From the NCBI GenBank assembly GCA_045132355.1, contig JBGUSD010000203.1:1-49589 (forward strand): 49,589 nt of DNA, read 5' to 3'. Of this stretch, positions 27,740-37,624 are shown in pieces (the first letter of the stretch is position 1; each line of letters opens with the position of its first letter). The position numbers were made by a program, and so were the translations under genes. The notes beneath the pieces are model-generated. The model was given only the letters and a program-made list of their open reading frames with translations, was not told the DNA's origin and made no database searches. The stretch comes from Candidatus Gastranaerophilaceae bacterium. GTDB lineage: Bacteria > Cyanobacteriota > Vampirovibrionia > Gastranaerophilales > Gastranaerophilaceae.

Positions 27740-28090
27740 ATGATTAAAACTATTGCAAAAATATTTATGGTATTAGCATTGTTGTCAACATCTGTATTCG
27801 CTTATGAAGAAGCAACACAAGTAAGAGCAAGCCATATTTTGGTTGATACTCGTGCAGATGCAATGAATATTAAAAAACAACTTGATAACGGCGGAGATTT
27901 TGCATCATATGCAATGAGATATTCACAATGCCCATCAGGCAGACTTGGCGGCGACTTGGGTTATTTCAAACGCGGTCAAATGGTTAGAGAATTTGAAGAT
28001 GCAGCATTTGAACTTCCTGTAGGACAAGTTTCTGATCCTGTCGGAACACAATTTGGCTGGCACTTAATCAAAGTTACTGACAGAAAGTAA
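27740..28090 (+). CDS. parvulin-type peptidyl-prolyl cis-trans isomerase, secreted
   Basis: ASHILV, CPSGRLGGDLGYF, FGWHLIKV. Signal peptide MIKTIAKIFMVLALLSTSVFA. SD AAAAGGAG before ATG 27740. Confidence 0.85.
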   Translation: MIKTIAKIFMVLALLSTSVFAYEEATQVRASHILVDTRADAMNIKKQLDNGGDFASYAMRYSQCPSGRLGGDLGYFKRGQMVREFEDAAFELPVGQVSDPVGTQFGWHLIKVTDRK

Positions 28091-28091
28091 T

Positions 28092-28547
28092 ATGAGATAT
28101 TTTGGATATAATACAGAGTTAGGCAAAGTATTTATATCACAAAAAGATGACAAAATTAGCGGAGTTTCTTTTTCAAAACCTGCGGGTGAAGAAATTGAAA
28201 CTCCGCTTTTGCACAACGCATATATTCAGTTGTGTGAATATATGCAAAAGAAAAGAAAAATTTTTAATCTGCCGTTGTTGTTTGAGGGAACTGCCTTTCA
28301 GCACAAAGTTTGGGCGGAATTGGTAAAAATCCCGTACGGGAAAACAATATCATACAAAAACCTTGCAAAAAATATTGGAAACCCTAAATGCGCAAGGGCT
28401 GTCGGGCAGGCATGCAACAAAAATAAATTATTATTTTTTGTGCCATGTCATAGGGTAATTTCTCAAGACAAAAAACTCACAGGTTTTGCCGTCGGTTTAA
28501 ATAAAAAACGTCAACTTCTTGAAATAGAGGGAGTTTCGGTTGACTAA
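28092..28547 (+). CDS. ogt: methylated-DNA--protein-cysteine methyltransferase
   Basis: Active site PCHRVI; TAFQHKVW; IPYGKTISY. Confidence 0.9.
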   Translation: MRYFGYNTELGKVFISQKDDKISGVSFSKPAGEEIETPLLHNAYIQLCEYMQKKRKIFNLPLLFEGTAFQHKVWAELVKIPYGKTISYKNLAKNIGNPKCARAVGQACNKNKLLFFVPCHRVISQDKKLTGFAVGLNKKRQLLEIEGVSVD

Positions 28548-28592
28548 AATTTAAAAATATGTTAGTATCTTTTGTATACTAATGGAGGAAAA

Positions 28593-28940
28593 ATGGAATT
28601 AAAAGAGCTGCCAAAGTGTCCGGTTGAGACTACTTTAATGTTATTGAATACGAAATGGAAAGTTTTAATAATAAGAGACCTTCTAACAGGGACAAAACGC
28701 TTTGGTGAACTGAAAAAATCGCTCGGTACAATTACCCAGAAAGTACTTACCACAAACCTACGCCTAATGGAGGAGGATGGACTCGTGTCAAGAAGAGAGT
28801 TTTTGGAGGTGCCACCGAGGGTGGAGTACACCCTGACGGATATAGGGTACAGCTTGGCTGAAATCCTTGATAGTATGGCTTCTTGGGGAGATGGTTATAG
28901 GCAGTATTTAAAGCTGTTAAGTAAGAAGAAAAAAGCTTAA
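28593..28940 (+). CDS. HxlR-family transcriptional regulator
   Basis: CPVETTLMLLNTKWKVLIIRDL..RFGEL..ITQKVLTTNLRLMEEDGLV..PPRVEYTLT. SD GGAGG before ATG 28593. Confidence 0.85.
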   Translation: MELKELPKCPVETTLMLLNTKWKVLIIRDLLTGTKRFGELKKSLGTITQKVLTTNLRLMEEDGLVSRREFLEVPPRVEYTLTDIGYSLAEILDSMASWGDGYRQYLKLLSKKKKA

Positions 28941-29136
28941 CATTTCGTAATAAAATGGATTGATATTACTCAATCAGAAGTATTAAATTTTTATTAAATT
29001 TTGTTTAAAATACTTTTAATTTTATAAATTATGTTGTATAATGAAAACACTATCATTTAGACATGCCCTAATATTTTTGGTGTGTTTAAAAAGACTTGGA
29101 GAAGATAATAAAATTGAATATTTGGGGAGATTTGGA

Positions 29137-31401
29137 ATGCAGAATTCGGTTAGTGAAAATGTAGGAGAAAATGTAGTGCAATTACATTCTGACGTATTAA
29201 AAAATATAGTAAAAGCTGTATCAGGGGATTCAAAATTTACCCCTGAAATGATTGATGAAATTCAAGCGAAAAATGAAGACAAGATTTCTATCATAAAAAA
29301 AGACGGAACTCTTGAAAAATTTGATATACAAAAAATGATTAAGGCCATCACAAAATCTGCAGAAAGAATGATGGTAAAATTCTCCGATTCTGAACTTGCT
29401 CAATTCTGTGCAAGAGTTGACGAAGGCATTGCAGAATCAGGCAAAACCGAAATTGACATTAAAGAAATCCACAATATTGTTGAAACTGCATTGGAACAAG
29501 TAAATCCTGCGGTTGCAAAAAGCTACAGAAACTACAGAAATTACAAAATCGACTTCGTTCAAATGTTAGACAAAGTATTCCAAGAGAGCCAAAAAATCAT
29601 GTACATTGGTGATAAGGAAAACTCAAACGCTGACTCTGCACTTGTTTCAACAAAACGTTCTTTAATCTTTAACCAATTAAACAAAGAATTATACAAAAAA
29701 TTCTTCTTAACAGTTGATGAATTACAAGCTATTCGTGACGGTTATATTTATATCCATGATATGTCCGCAAGACGTGATACAATGAACTGCTGTTTGTTTG
29801 ATGTTGCTGAAGTTTTAAAAGGCGGTTTTGAAATGGGTAACCTTTGGTACAATGAACCAAAGACATTAGATGTTGCGTTTGACGTAATCGGTGACATCAC
29901 AATGGCTGCAGCAAGCCAACAGTACGGCGGATTTACGGTTGCAGAAGTTGACAAACTTTTGGCACCTTATGCACAGAAATCTTATGACAAACAATATGAA
30001 AGATATATATTGATGGGCTTGTCCTTTGAAAAGGCAAGAGAAGAAGCTTTAAAAGATGTACAAAAAGATTTTGAACAAGGTTTCCAAGGTTGGGAATACA
30101 AGTTCAATACAGTTGCATCAAGCCGCGGAGATTATCCGTTCATTACAATGACAATGGGCTTAGGAACAGGCGAATTTGAAAAAATGGCATCAATTACAAT
30201 GCTTAAAATTCGTGAAAAAGGTCAAGGTAAGAAAGAAAACAAAAAACCTGTATTGTTCCCTAAGATTGTGTTCTTGTATGATAAGGATCTTCATGGACCT
30301 GGCAAAGAATTGGAAGACGTATTCAAAGCAGGTGTTGAATGTTCAAAACGTGCAATGTACCCTGATTGGTTGTCATTGACGGGCGAAGGATATGTAGCAT
30401 CTATGTACAAAAAGTACAAGAGAGTTGTATCTCCAATGGGTTGCAGAGCATTTTTATCACCATGGTTTGAAAGAGGCGGTTATGAACCTGCTGATGAAAA
30501 CGACAAACCAATATTTGTCGGCAGATTCAACATTGGTGCAATCAGCTTGCACTTGCCAATGATTCTTGCAAAATCAAGAAAAGAAAACAAAGATTTCTAT
30601 GAAGTTTTGGATTACTACATGGAAATGATCAGAAAATTGCATATCAGAACTTATGATTATCTTGGTGAAATGAAAGCATCAGTAAACCCTCTTGCATATT
30701 GCCAAGGCGGTTTCTATGGCGGACATTTGAAACCGTCAGATAAGATTAAACCTATTTTGAAATATGCAACCGCATCTTTCGGTATTACAGCATTGAACGA
30801 ACTTCAAGAATTGTACAACGGAAAATCACTTGTTGAAGACGGTCAATTTGCGTTAGAAGTTATGGAGCATATTAACGCAAAAATTCAAGAATACAAAAAA
30901 GAAGACGGAAATCTTTATGCAATATACGGAACACCGGCAGAAAGATTATGCGGATTACAAATAGAACAATATAGAAAAAAATACGGTATTCAACCAAAAG
31001 TTTCAGACAGGGGATACGTATCAAATAGTTTCCATTGCCATGTTGCAGAAGAAATTTCCCCAATTCAAAAACAAGATTTGGAAAAAAGATTCTGGGATTT
31101 ATTCAACGGCGGAAAGATTCAATACGTAAAATATCCAATTTCTTATAACACAGAGGCTGTTGAAACTTTGATTAACCGTGCTATGGATATGGGATTTTAT
31201 GAAGGGGTAAACCTGTCACTTGCATATTGCGAGGATTGCGGTCACCAGGAATTGGCTATGGATGTATGCCCAAAATGCGGCAGCAGAAACCTTACAAAGA
31301 TTGAAAGAATGAACGGTTACCTATCCTATTCAAGAGTAAACGGCGACACTCGATTGAATGACGCAAAAATGGAAGAGATTAAAGACAGGATCAGTATGTA
31401 A
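29137..31401 (+). CDS. nrdD: anaerobic ribonucleoside-triphosphate reductase
   Basis: N-terminal ATP-cone-like segment, C-terminal Cys cluster CEDCGH...CPKCGS, and a glycyl-radical-type RMNGYLS. Start set at ATG 29137 (SD GGGGAGA); the ORF-track extension from 29041 overlaps the probable -10 TATAAT at 29035-29040. Confidence 0.93.
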   Translation: MQNSVSENVGENVVQLHSDVLKNIVKAVSGDSKFTPEMIDEIQAKNEDKISIIKKDGTLEKFDIQKMIKAITKSAERMMVKFSDSELAQFCARVDEGIAESGKTEIDIKEIHNIVETALEQVNPAVAKSYRNYRNYKIDFVQMLDKVFQESQKIMYIGDKENSNADSALVSTKRSLIFNQLNKELYKKFFLTVDELQAIRDGYIYIHDMSARRDTMNCCLFDVAEVLKGGFEMGNLWYNEPKTLDVAFDVIGDITMAAASQQYGGFTVAEVDKLLAPYAQKSYDKQYERYILMGLSFEKAREEALKDVQKDFEQGFQGWEYKFNTVASSRGDYPFITMTMGLGTGEFEKMASITMLKIREKGQGKKENKKPVLFPKIVFLYDKDLHGPGKELEDVFKAGVECSKRAMYPDWLSLTGEGYVASMYKKYKRVVSPMGCRAFLSPWFERGGYEPADENDKPIFVGRFNIGAISLHLPMILAKSRKENKDFYEVLDYYMEMIRKLHIRTYDYLGEMKASVNPLAYCQGGFYGGHLKPSDKIKPILKYATASFGITALNELQELYNGKSLVEDGQFALEVMEHINAKIQEYKKEDGNLYAIYGTPAERLCGLQIEQYRKKYGIQPKVSDRGYVSNSFHCHVAEEISPIQKQDLEKRFWDLFNGGKIQYVKYPISYNTEAVETLINRAMDMGFYEGVNLSLAYCEDCGHQELAMDVCPKCGSRNLTKIERMNGYLSYSRVNGDTRLNDAKMEEIKDRISM

Positions 31402-31907
31402 TGAATTATCACAATATAACAAAAGACGACATGTTAAATGGCGAAGGTTTGCGTGTAGTTCTTTGGGTAGCAGGCTGCACACACCAATGCGAAGATTGTC
31501 AAAACCCTATCACATGGGATTTGGCAGGTGGTTTGCCGTTTGATGAAGCGGCAGAAAACGAATTATTTGAAGCTTTAAACAAATCACATGTTTCAGGAAT
31601 TACGTTCAGCGGTGGAGATCCTCTGCACCCGTTTAATCGTAACGAAATATGCAGACTTGCCAAAAAGGTTAAGGAAGTTTGTCCTGACAAAAATATTTGG
31701 TTATATACAGGCTTCTTGTGGGAAGAGGTCAAGGATTGGGAAGGCATGCCATATATCGATGTGCTTTGTGACGGAAGATATGTAAAAGCGCTTAATGATA
31801 ACAACGCATATTGGGTTGGCAGTACAAATCAAAGAGTAATTGATGTTCAAGAAACTCTAAAAACCGGCGAAGTTGTCTTGCATAAGACTAAATCTTATGC
31901 TGCATAA
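31401..31907 (+). CDS. nrdG: anaerobic ribonucleotide reductase activating protein (radical SAM)
   Basis: CTHQCEDCQNP (CxxxCxxC) and GITFSGGDP. TAATG overlap with nrdD. Confidence 0.9.
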   Translation: MNYHNITKDDMLNGEGLRVVLWVAGCTHQCEDCQNPITWDLAGGLPFDEAAENELFEALNKSHVSGITFSGGDPLHPFNRNEICRLAKKVKEVCPDKNIWLYTGFLWEEVKDWEGMPYIDVLCDGRYVKALNDNNAYWVGSTNQRVIDVQETLKTGEVVLHKTKSYAA

Positions 31908-32030
31908 TATTTGTGTATTTGTAAATTAATGTAAATATTTATGTTTGTTTGAAATTCCTCAATTTCATATGTTTTTACATGTTTGAGGGCGTATTGTGTC
32001 CTTAAGAGAGTAAAACATAAGGATAAATTG

Positions 32031-34091
32031 ATGAGTATTAATTTTGGCGGCTTAAATGTCGAACAAAAATACATTAAAGAAAAGAAATCCGTTTCCGGAC
32101 AAAATGGTGAACAAATTTTTATAATTAACTTTAAAAATGGAAGTTCTATAAGTTATCCATTACAAAAAAATTTTAACGGTTCATCAATTATGTTTGGTAT
32201 AAATCAAAACAACAGACAAAAAGTGTATATAGACGGATGTTCAAACTTGCAATATAACGGAATTGAGGGTGTAGAAGACGACATCAGTGTTTCGGGTTGT
32301 CAAGATTGTACATTTGCTATCAATGAAAAAGATATATCCGTCAAAAATCAAGTAAAATTTGAACAGGATGATTTAGGTGATAGAAAAAATAATAATAATG
32401 TAATAATTGCAAATGCAAAAATTTCTGATTTTAACGGAGAAACAAAAGATATTGAAAAAAATTATCATGTAACTTCTAATGAAGGTTCAAAATTTGAAGA
32501 AAATCTGTTAAAACATGTCGGTATTGTCCAAATAACACAAACAAACCAAATAGATAATAATGGTACTTCAATAAAAAATAATAAAAAAACAGAAGAAAGA
32601 ATTAAAAAGAATTTTGGTGGTATTAACATAGAATGTAAATTATCTGATGTAAAAGAAATGAAAATCTTAGAAGAAAATGGAAAAGAAGTTTTCTTTGTAG
32701 AATTTAATAATGGTTCTTCACTAAAATATCCGAAACAAAAGGGCTATGGAATTGAGAAAAACCCAGAAATATATACTTTTGGTAAAATGACACGTATTTC
32801 ATATATTAATAATTTGGAATACAAAGGTGGAGAAGGTGAAGATTCTGTATGTGTTATAGCATGTAAAAATTGTACTTTTGATATGCAGGAAAACAATCCA
32901 AAAATTTCTAATATTGTTGACTTTGGAACAGATACAATAAAAGAAGCAAATGATACAAGGATTGTAAGTGAAAACAATAATGTAATCTTTAATACAAAAC
33001 ATCTTTATCATAAACATAATAGTTCTGAGAATAAAAATGGAACTGTTATTGATAATACTCCGGAAGAGCCAATATATGAAAATTTTGGCGGAATAAAGTT
33101 TGTTATAAATGAAATTGCCTCAAAAAATATTGCAACAAAAAAAGGTGTTGAATATTATACAGTAGAGTTTAAAAACGGAATTAAAATAAAATATCCGTTG
33201 CAGGAAGAGGATAAAAATGCCAGTATAAACACAGAATACAATGAAGAAGATGAAGAAATATATGAAGAATACCAATTAGTTGCTAAAGCCAAGGTATATA
33301 ATGCAAAAAATATTGAAATTATAGGTTCTGAAAATAGGGCTGATAGAATAGAATTATCAAATTGCAAAGATTGTAAAGTTGATATAGATGACGATGCCTT
33401 GCCGATAAATTCCTTTGGGGAAATGGAAGATACGGAAAATCCAGATGAAATTATTGAAAGTTTAATAAATAAAATAGATACAAAAATAGATAAAAAAGTA
33501 AAATCACCGCTAAATATGTTAGCAGGGACAATAAAAACCTTATCAACTGCTGTTAATAGTTATGTAAAATCCAGGGCGGATGAGTTGTATGATAATCTTT
33601 TACATCATATTCATGACGAAGTGATTATTGATAAAAATACTGAAAATACCAGTGTTAAAATGAATAAAAATTACGATGTAATCTATGATTATACTAATAA
33701 AGAAGACAGAACTCAAATAATCGAAACTTCAAAATATACACAAGGAGACAATGTAAAAAGAATTGGAGAGACAAAAACCGGCAGGATAATTTATAATGCA
33801 TTAGATTTCGCAGCGAGCAAAGTGTCTAACAAACTTGAAAAATATGGTTTTCATTACACCGGTGGCATATTACAAGATTTTGAATATGATAAAGACTTAA
33901 TAGGAGAAAAACCAAAAACATATAGAGAATCGCAAAAATGGATGAATGATTTCAGAAAAAATGTTTTGACATATAAACCTTTGTTTGGGAAAAATTTAAA
34001 AATGATATCAAAGGAACTCGCATATGTAGCATATGTAGAAGCTTTTGGCGAAGAACCTCCTGAGAAAAAGAAACTTTTCGGTTTTATATAA
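32031..34091 (+). CDS. hypothetical protein built from three diverged ~100-aa modules plus a unique C-terminal region; no signal peptide
   Basis: Modules begin with NFGG at nt 32040, 32610 and 33081. Start set at ATG 32031 (AAGGA 7 nt upstream) rather than TTG 31983. Confidence 0.55.
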   Translation: MSINFGGLNVEQKYIKEKKSVSGQNGEQIFIINFKNGSSISYPLQKNFNGSSIMFGINQNNRQKVYIDGCSNLQYNGIEGVEDDISVSGCQDCTFAINEKDISVKNQVKFEQDDLGDRKNNNNVIIANAKISDFNGETKDIEKNYHVTSNEGSKFEENLLKHVGIVQITQTNQIDNNGTSIKNNKKTEERIKKNFGGINIECKLSDVKEMKILEENGKEVFFVEFNNGSSLKYPKQKGYGIEKNPEIYTFGKMTRISYINNLEYKGGEGEDSVCVIACKNCTFDMQENNPKISNIVDFGTDTIKEANDTRIVSENNNVIFNTKHLYHKHNSSENKNGTVIDNTPEEPIYENFGGIKFVINEIASKNIATKKGVEYYTVEFKNGIKIKYPLQEEDKNASINTEYNEEDEEIYEEYQLVAKAKVYNAKNIEIIGSENRADRIELSNCKDCKVDIDDDALPINSFGEMEDTENPDEIIESLINKIDTKIDKKVKSPLNMLAGTIKTLSTAVNSYVKSRADELYDNLLHHIHDEVIIDKNTENTSVKMNKNYDVIYDYTNKEDRTQIIETSKYTQGDNVKRIGETKTGRIIYNALDFAASKVSNKLEKYGFHYTGGILQDFEYDKDLIGEKPKTYRESQKWMNDFRKNVLTYKPLFGKNLKMISKELAYVAYVEAFGEEPPEKKKLFGFI

Positions 34092-34122
34092 CAGATGTAA
34101 ATCTAAAACCTCTTGACAAGCA

Positions 34123-34131
34123 TGATATAAT
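34123..34131 (+). promoter_or_regulatory. extended -10 TGaTATAAT, 6 nt before ATG 34138
   Basis: Read directly. No SD. Confidence 0.45.
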
Positions 34132-34137
34132 AGAATT

Positions 34138-35643
34138 ATGGACATGAAAAGAGCGGTATGCTCGGCTTTAATAGCAGTATTTATGCTTGCCGGTAGTATA
34201 CAAACCCTAGCCATAGAAGATCATGATGATCATGATGAGCTTTTTCATCCTGTCGAAGTTAAAAATGGCAGTGTGCTAAAGGTTATAGATTGTGTTGCAC
34301 TTGCTTTTAAGAACAGTCCGAAAATCAAACGTAAAAAATACGAACTTGATGTTGCAAAAAGTAATGTCGGGATTGCAAGATCACAATATTTCCCTGTTAT
34401 AGGTGCAGGGGTTGGGTTTCAATATGAAAGAAATTCAAACAGTGTCTATTATGACAAAAGATATAGAGACCTGCCATATGTTGGTGTTTCTGTGAACCAA
34501 TTAATCTGGAATTTCGGTAAAACAACAGCATATATCAAAATGGAGGAGTTTTACAAAATTGCTGCCGAATATGAATTTATGGATAGCCTCTGCAGCACAT
34601 TATTTGATGTTAAATGGAAATATTACAACGTTTTAAGAACAAAAGCTTTTGTTGATATTGCACAAGAAAATATAAAAATACAAAAAGAAATTATAAAGAT
34701 GATGGAAGGCAAACATCCGGATTGGGATAATGCAAATGGTGTTTTGAGCGGAAACAATCTTGATTATATATCTGCCAAAAATGGTTACAAAAATGCGATT
34801 GTTGATCTGGATAACGCAATGTATCTGCCTGATGACGTTAATTTTGATATATTACAGACAGAAACATTCGAATACACTGTGCCAAAAGATATTGAACAAT
34901 GGAAGAAAAGATATAAGCAACACGAAAACCATATTTTTCCGTTTAAAAGAACAGAAGCTCCGGAAATTGCTTATAAGAATAGTCCTGACTTGCAGGTAAT
35001 AATTTCTACCGGCAAAGCAATGGAGGAGTCTCTAAAATACATTAAACGTACCTATTTGCCGGATTTGAGAGCCGGTGTAGGTTATGGCAGAAATAATACC
35101 AATTTTGCTCACAATAACAGCTTGAATGTTGGTGTTAGCTTAGAATCTCAAGTTAATTTAATGGAATTGAAACATAGCATAAAAGGTGCGGATGCACAGG
35201 TTCAAATGGCCCATAACGAAGTGGATTTGTTCAAGCAGGATTTATATTACGAAATCCAAAGGGCATTTAATAATCTGGACAAAGTTGAGGAACAACTACC
35301 TTATGCCAGAGCAAATGTTTATATGGCACTCAATACGTTTAATATTGCAAAAGACAAATATAAAAAAGGTTTGGTTGACTATACTGCAGTACAAGATGCA
35401 AAAGCTGATTATATAAACTTTAACAAAGATTATGTTCAAAAGTTGTACGAATACAATACGGCCCTAATTCAGGTTGAAATGGCTATGCATTGCCACCTTG
35501 TTGACATTCACCACAAGTCCGAGCATGCTGTTGAATACCACTCTGCAGAGCTTATTGAACACTTAAATAAAGCTCTTGGTTGTGATGAAAACGATATCAA
35601 AAAATCGAAAAAATCTTCCAAAAATAAGAAAAATAGTTTGTGA
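34138..35643 (+). CDS. TolC-family outer-membrane efflux protein with His-rich termini
   Basis: Signal peptide. Two-repeat architecture with strand starts SQYFPVIGAGVGFQY and TYLPDLRAGVGYGRNN, separated by long helical segments. Confidence 0.7.
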   Translation: MDMKRAVCSALIAVFMLAGSIQTLAIEDHDDHDELFHPVEVKNGSVLKVIDCVALAFKNSPKIKRKKYELDVAKSNVGIARSQYFPVIGAGVGFQYERNSNSVYYDKRYRDLPYVGVSVNQLIWNFGKTTAYIKMEEFYKIAAEYEFMDSLCSTLFDVKWKYYNVLRTKAFVDIAQENIKIQKEIIKMMEGKHPDWDNANGVLSGNNLDYISAKNGYKNAIVDLDNAMYLPDDVNFDILQTETFEYTVPKDIEQWKKRYKQHENHIFPFKRTEAPEIAYKNSPDLQVIISTGKAMEESLKYIKRTYLPDLRAGVGYGRNNTNFAHNNSLNVGVSLESQVNLMELKHSIKGADAQVQMAHNEVDLFKQDLYYEIQRAFNNLDKVEEQLPYARANVYMALNTFNIAKDKYKKGLVDYTAVQDAKADYINFNKDYVQKLYEYNTALIQVEMAMHCHLVDIHHKSEHAVEYHSAELIEHLNKALGCDENDIKKSKKSSKNKKNSL

Positions 35644-35649
35644 TATAAT
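35641..35649 (+). promoter_or_regulatory. extended -10 TGaTATAAT, 6 nt before ATG 35656; its TG is part of the upstream TGA stop codon
   Basis: Read directly. Confidence 0.4.
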
Positions 35650-35655
35650 CATGCT

Positions 35656-36855
35656 ATGAAAAAGATTTTGTTATCACTGTTGGTTACGGGAATACTTGCC
35701 GGAAGTGCCTTTGCGGCAGATAGTTTTAGTTTTATATATATAAACGGTTCTAATAATAACGATGCAAAAATGAAAAATTGGTACGAGAACGGGGTCAAAA
35801 AACTTCACCCTGTGATGAGAAAAAAATTCCTGAAAAATCGTACAATAAAAAAATATTATTCAAAACTGAGTGATGAAAAACTTATAATAAAAGAAGATCC
35901 GATTATATTCTTTTGGGGTTATGACAGCAAAAATGACCTTGAATACGTCAAAGGTCAGTTAGAGCTCTCTAAAATGGTAAGTTCATCAGGTGCGTATATT
36001 GTAAGAAGCCTTATAACACAATATATGCATGATGCGATATGGGTTCAAAAACCTCACCATATGCATTCGGTTCTTGAGGATTTGAACACAACGGTAAAAA
36101 GTGAAGTTTCCGACACGGATAATTACATAATTTTGTACGGATATTCTGCAGGAACTTTTGTTACTTATGAATATATGTTCAATAAATTCAGATATATAAA
36201 TCTCTTGAAATTGTTTGAAACACTGAACTATGATAAAGATTTTATAGAATTTGTGAAAGCAAACCCGAAAAGTGATACCTGTATTTCCGCATTGACAGCT
36301 AATTACGGAAAATTAGGCACAATGTCTTCTGATGGTCATTTGATACTAAATCCTGATAAAGAAAAATTAAAAGTTAATTACCTAAAAATGGATGAAATGA
36401 CGGAAAATGCCTGTGCACCGAACGGTAAAATTGCAGGAGTTGTGAATTTTGCAAGTCCGTTGCCGCTTTTCTATTCTGATTTGGCAGATAGTCAGTATGA
36501 ACAAAATTATTATAACCGTTTGATGATTAAATATATTCTGGAAAATGGGATATTTTTTATGACAGTTAATTTTAGAGAAGATCCTTTGGGCTTTCCGACA
36601 AGCAGAAATGTAACTATAAAAGATATTGAAGATACACTTGATATAGAAATTAATAATCCGTCAGGTGTTATTTACGACAATTCAGGGGTTTGGAGCAAAA
36701 GAATGTTTGCTCTGGCGCACACTTCCTATTGGACGGCAAAGGGCACTTTTGCAAACGCTGTTGTAAAAAGCTTTGTAAACGGTTACAAATTCCAATATGA
36801 TGAAAAATATCAAAAGAAAATTTTAAGAAAGAAAAGCAAAAAATCAGAATTATAA
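35656..36855 (+). CDS. secreted alpha/beta-hydrolase-like protein (putative serine esterase/lipase)
   Basis: Signal peptide MKKILLSLLVTGILAGSAFA. Nucleophile-elbow-like ILYGYSAGTF (GxSxG). Confidence 0.45.
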   Translation: MKKILLSLLVTGILAGSAFAADSFSFIYINGSNNNDAKMKNWYENGVKKLHPVMRKKFLKNRTIKKYYSKLSDEKLIIKEDPIIFFWGYDSKNDLEYVKGQLELSKMVSSSGAYIVRSLITQYMHDAIWVQKPHHMHSVLEDLNTTVKSEVSDTDNYIILYGYSAGTFVTYEYMFNKFRYINLLKLFETLNYDKDFIEFVKANPKSDTCISALTANYGKLGTMSSDGHLILNPDKEKLKVNYLKMDEMTENACAPNGKIAGVVNFASPLPLFYSDLADSQYEQNYYNRLMIKYILENGIFFMTVNFREDPLGFPTSRNVTIKDIEDTLDIEINNPSGVIYDNSGVWSKRMFALAHTSYWTAKGTFANAVVKSFVNGYKFQYDEKYQKKILRKKSKKSEL

Positions 36856-36865
36856 GGAGTAAATT

Positions 36866-37546
36866 ATGAAAAAGATTGTTATTGGTTTAATGGCACTAAT
36901 GTTTGTTCAAACGTCAGCAAATGCTTTTGATTGGAACAATTTATATAACTTTTTGATATTTGAGCGTGCGCAAAAAGCTCCGGTGGTTACAACTACACAA
37001 TCTGCAGTTACAAATGAATTTACAAAGGCTTTGTCTGATTTGCAAACACAAGCCGCAACAGTTGATTCATCAGTACAAAGTACATTTTTATCTCTTGTTT
37101 CTACAATAGAAACTAAAAAAGAGGCAAAAACAATTAAGTCAAAAATTAACTCAATCCAATCAGATAAAAACAAAACAGATGCAGAAAAAACCTTAGCAAT
37201 TTGCGAAGTGATGTCCGATTATGTATCAGAGCTGAATGCTGATGAGAGTTTGGTAAACGAAATCAAAGGTTTGTCTGATTCAGATAAGAAAAAGCTTGCA
37301 AGCTATATTTCTTCACTGAATGAATCAGGCCAAAAGTATATCCAACTTGCAAAAAACGGACTGGCAGTTTCTTCAACCGCAATGAAAACAGCCACCACCG
37401 CAAGTGAAGTCGCAACAGTAATTTCTAATATAAATTCTTATGCGAATGATTTGAAAAAAAGGTCAGTTCCGGTTATAAATCTTGTAAACAAGATGAGAAC
37501 GGCCGCACAACTTGCCGAATTGGTAATTCCTGCAAGCGGAAATTAA
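36866..37546 (+). CDS. secreted hypothetical protein, Ser/Thr/Ala-rich and helical
   Basis: Signal peptide MKKIVIGLMALMFVQTSANA. SD AAGGAG. Confidence 0.5.
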   Translation: MKKIVIGLMALMFVQTSANAFDWNNLYNFLIFERAQKAPVVTTTQSAVTNEFTKALSDLQTQAATVDSSVQSTFLSLVSTIETKKEAKTIKSKINSIQSDKNKTDAEKTLAICEVMSDYVSELNADESLVNEIKGLSDSDKKKLASYISSLNESGQKYIQLAKNGLAVSSTAMKTATTASEVATVISNINSYANDLKKRSVPVINLVNKMRTAAQLAELVIPASGN

Positions 37547-37624
37547 AAATAATTTATCTATTCGCTTGAAAAATTTTTATTTTCATGAGAAAATTATGCT
37601 TGACCCCTGAGATAAAAGCTATGT

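Noticed and set aside
29041-29136. N-terminal extension of nrdD in the ORF track, and possible NrdR boxes (ACACTATC at 29047 and TGGTGTG at 29078)
   Set aside because: The extension starts immediately after the likely -10 TATAAT (29035-29040), and a strong SD precedes ATG 29137. The two segments each match only one half of the 16-bp NrdR palindrome as I remember it. No nrdR gene is in the window, and I cannot score them without a matrix.
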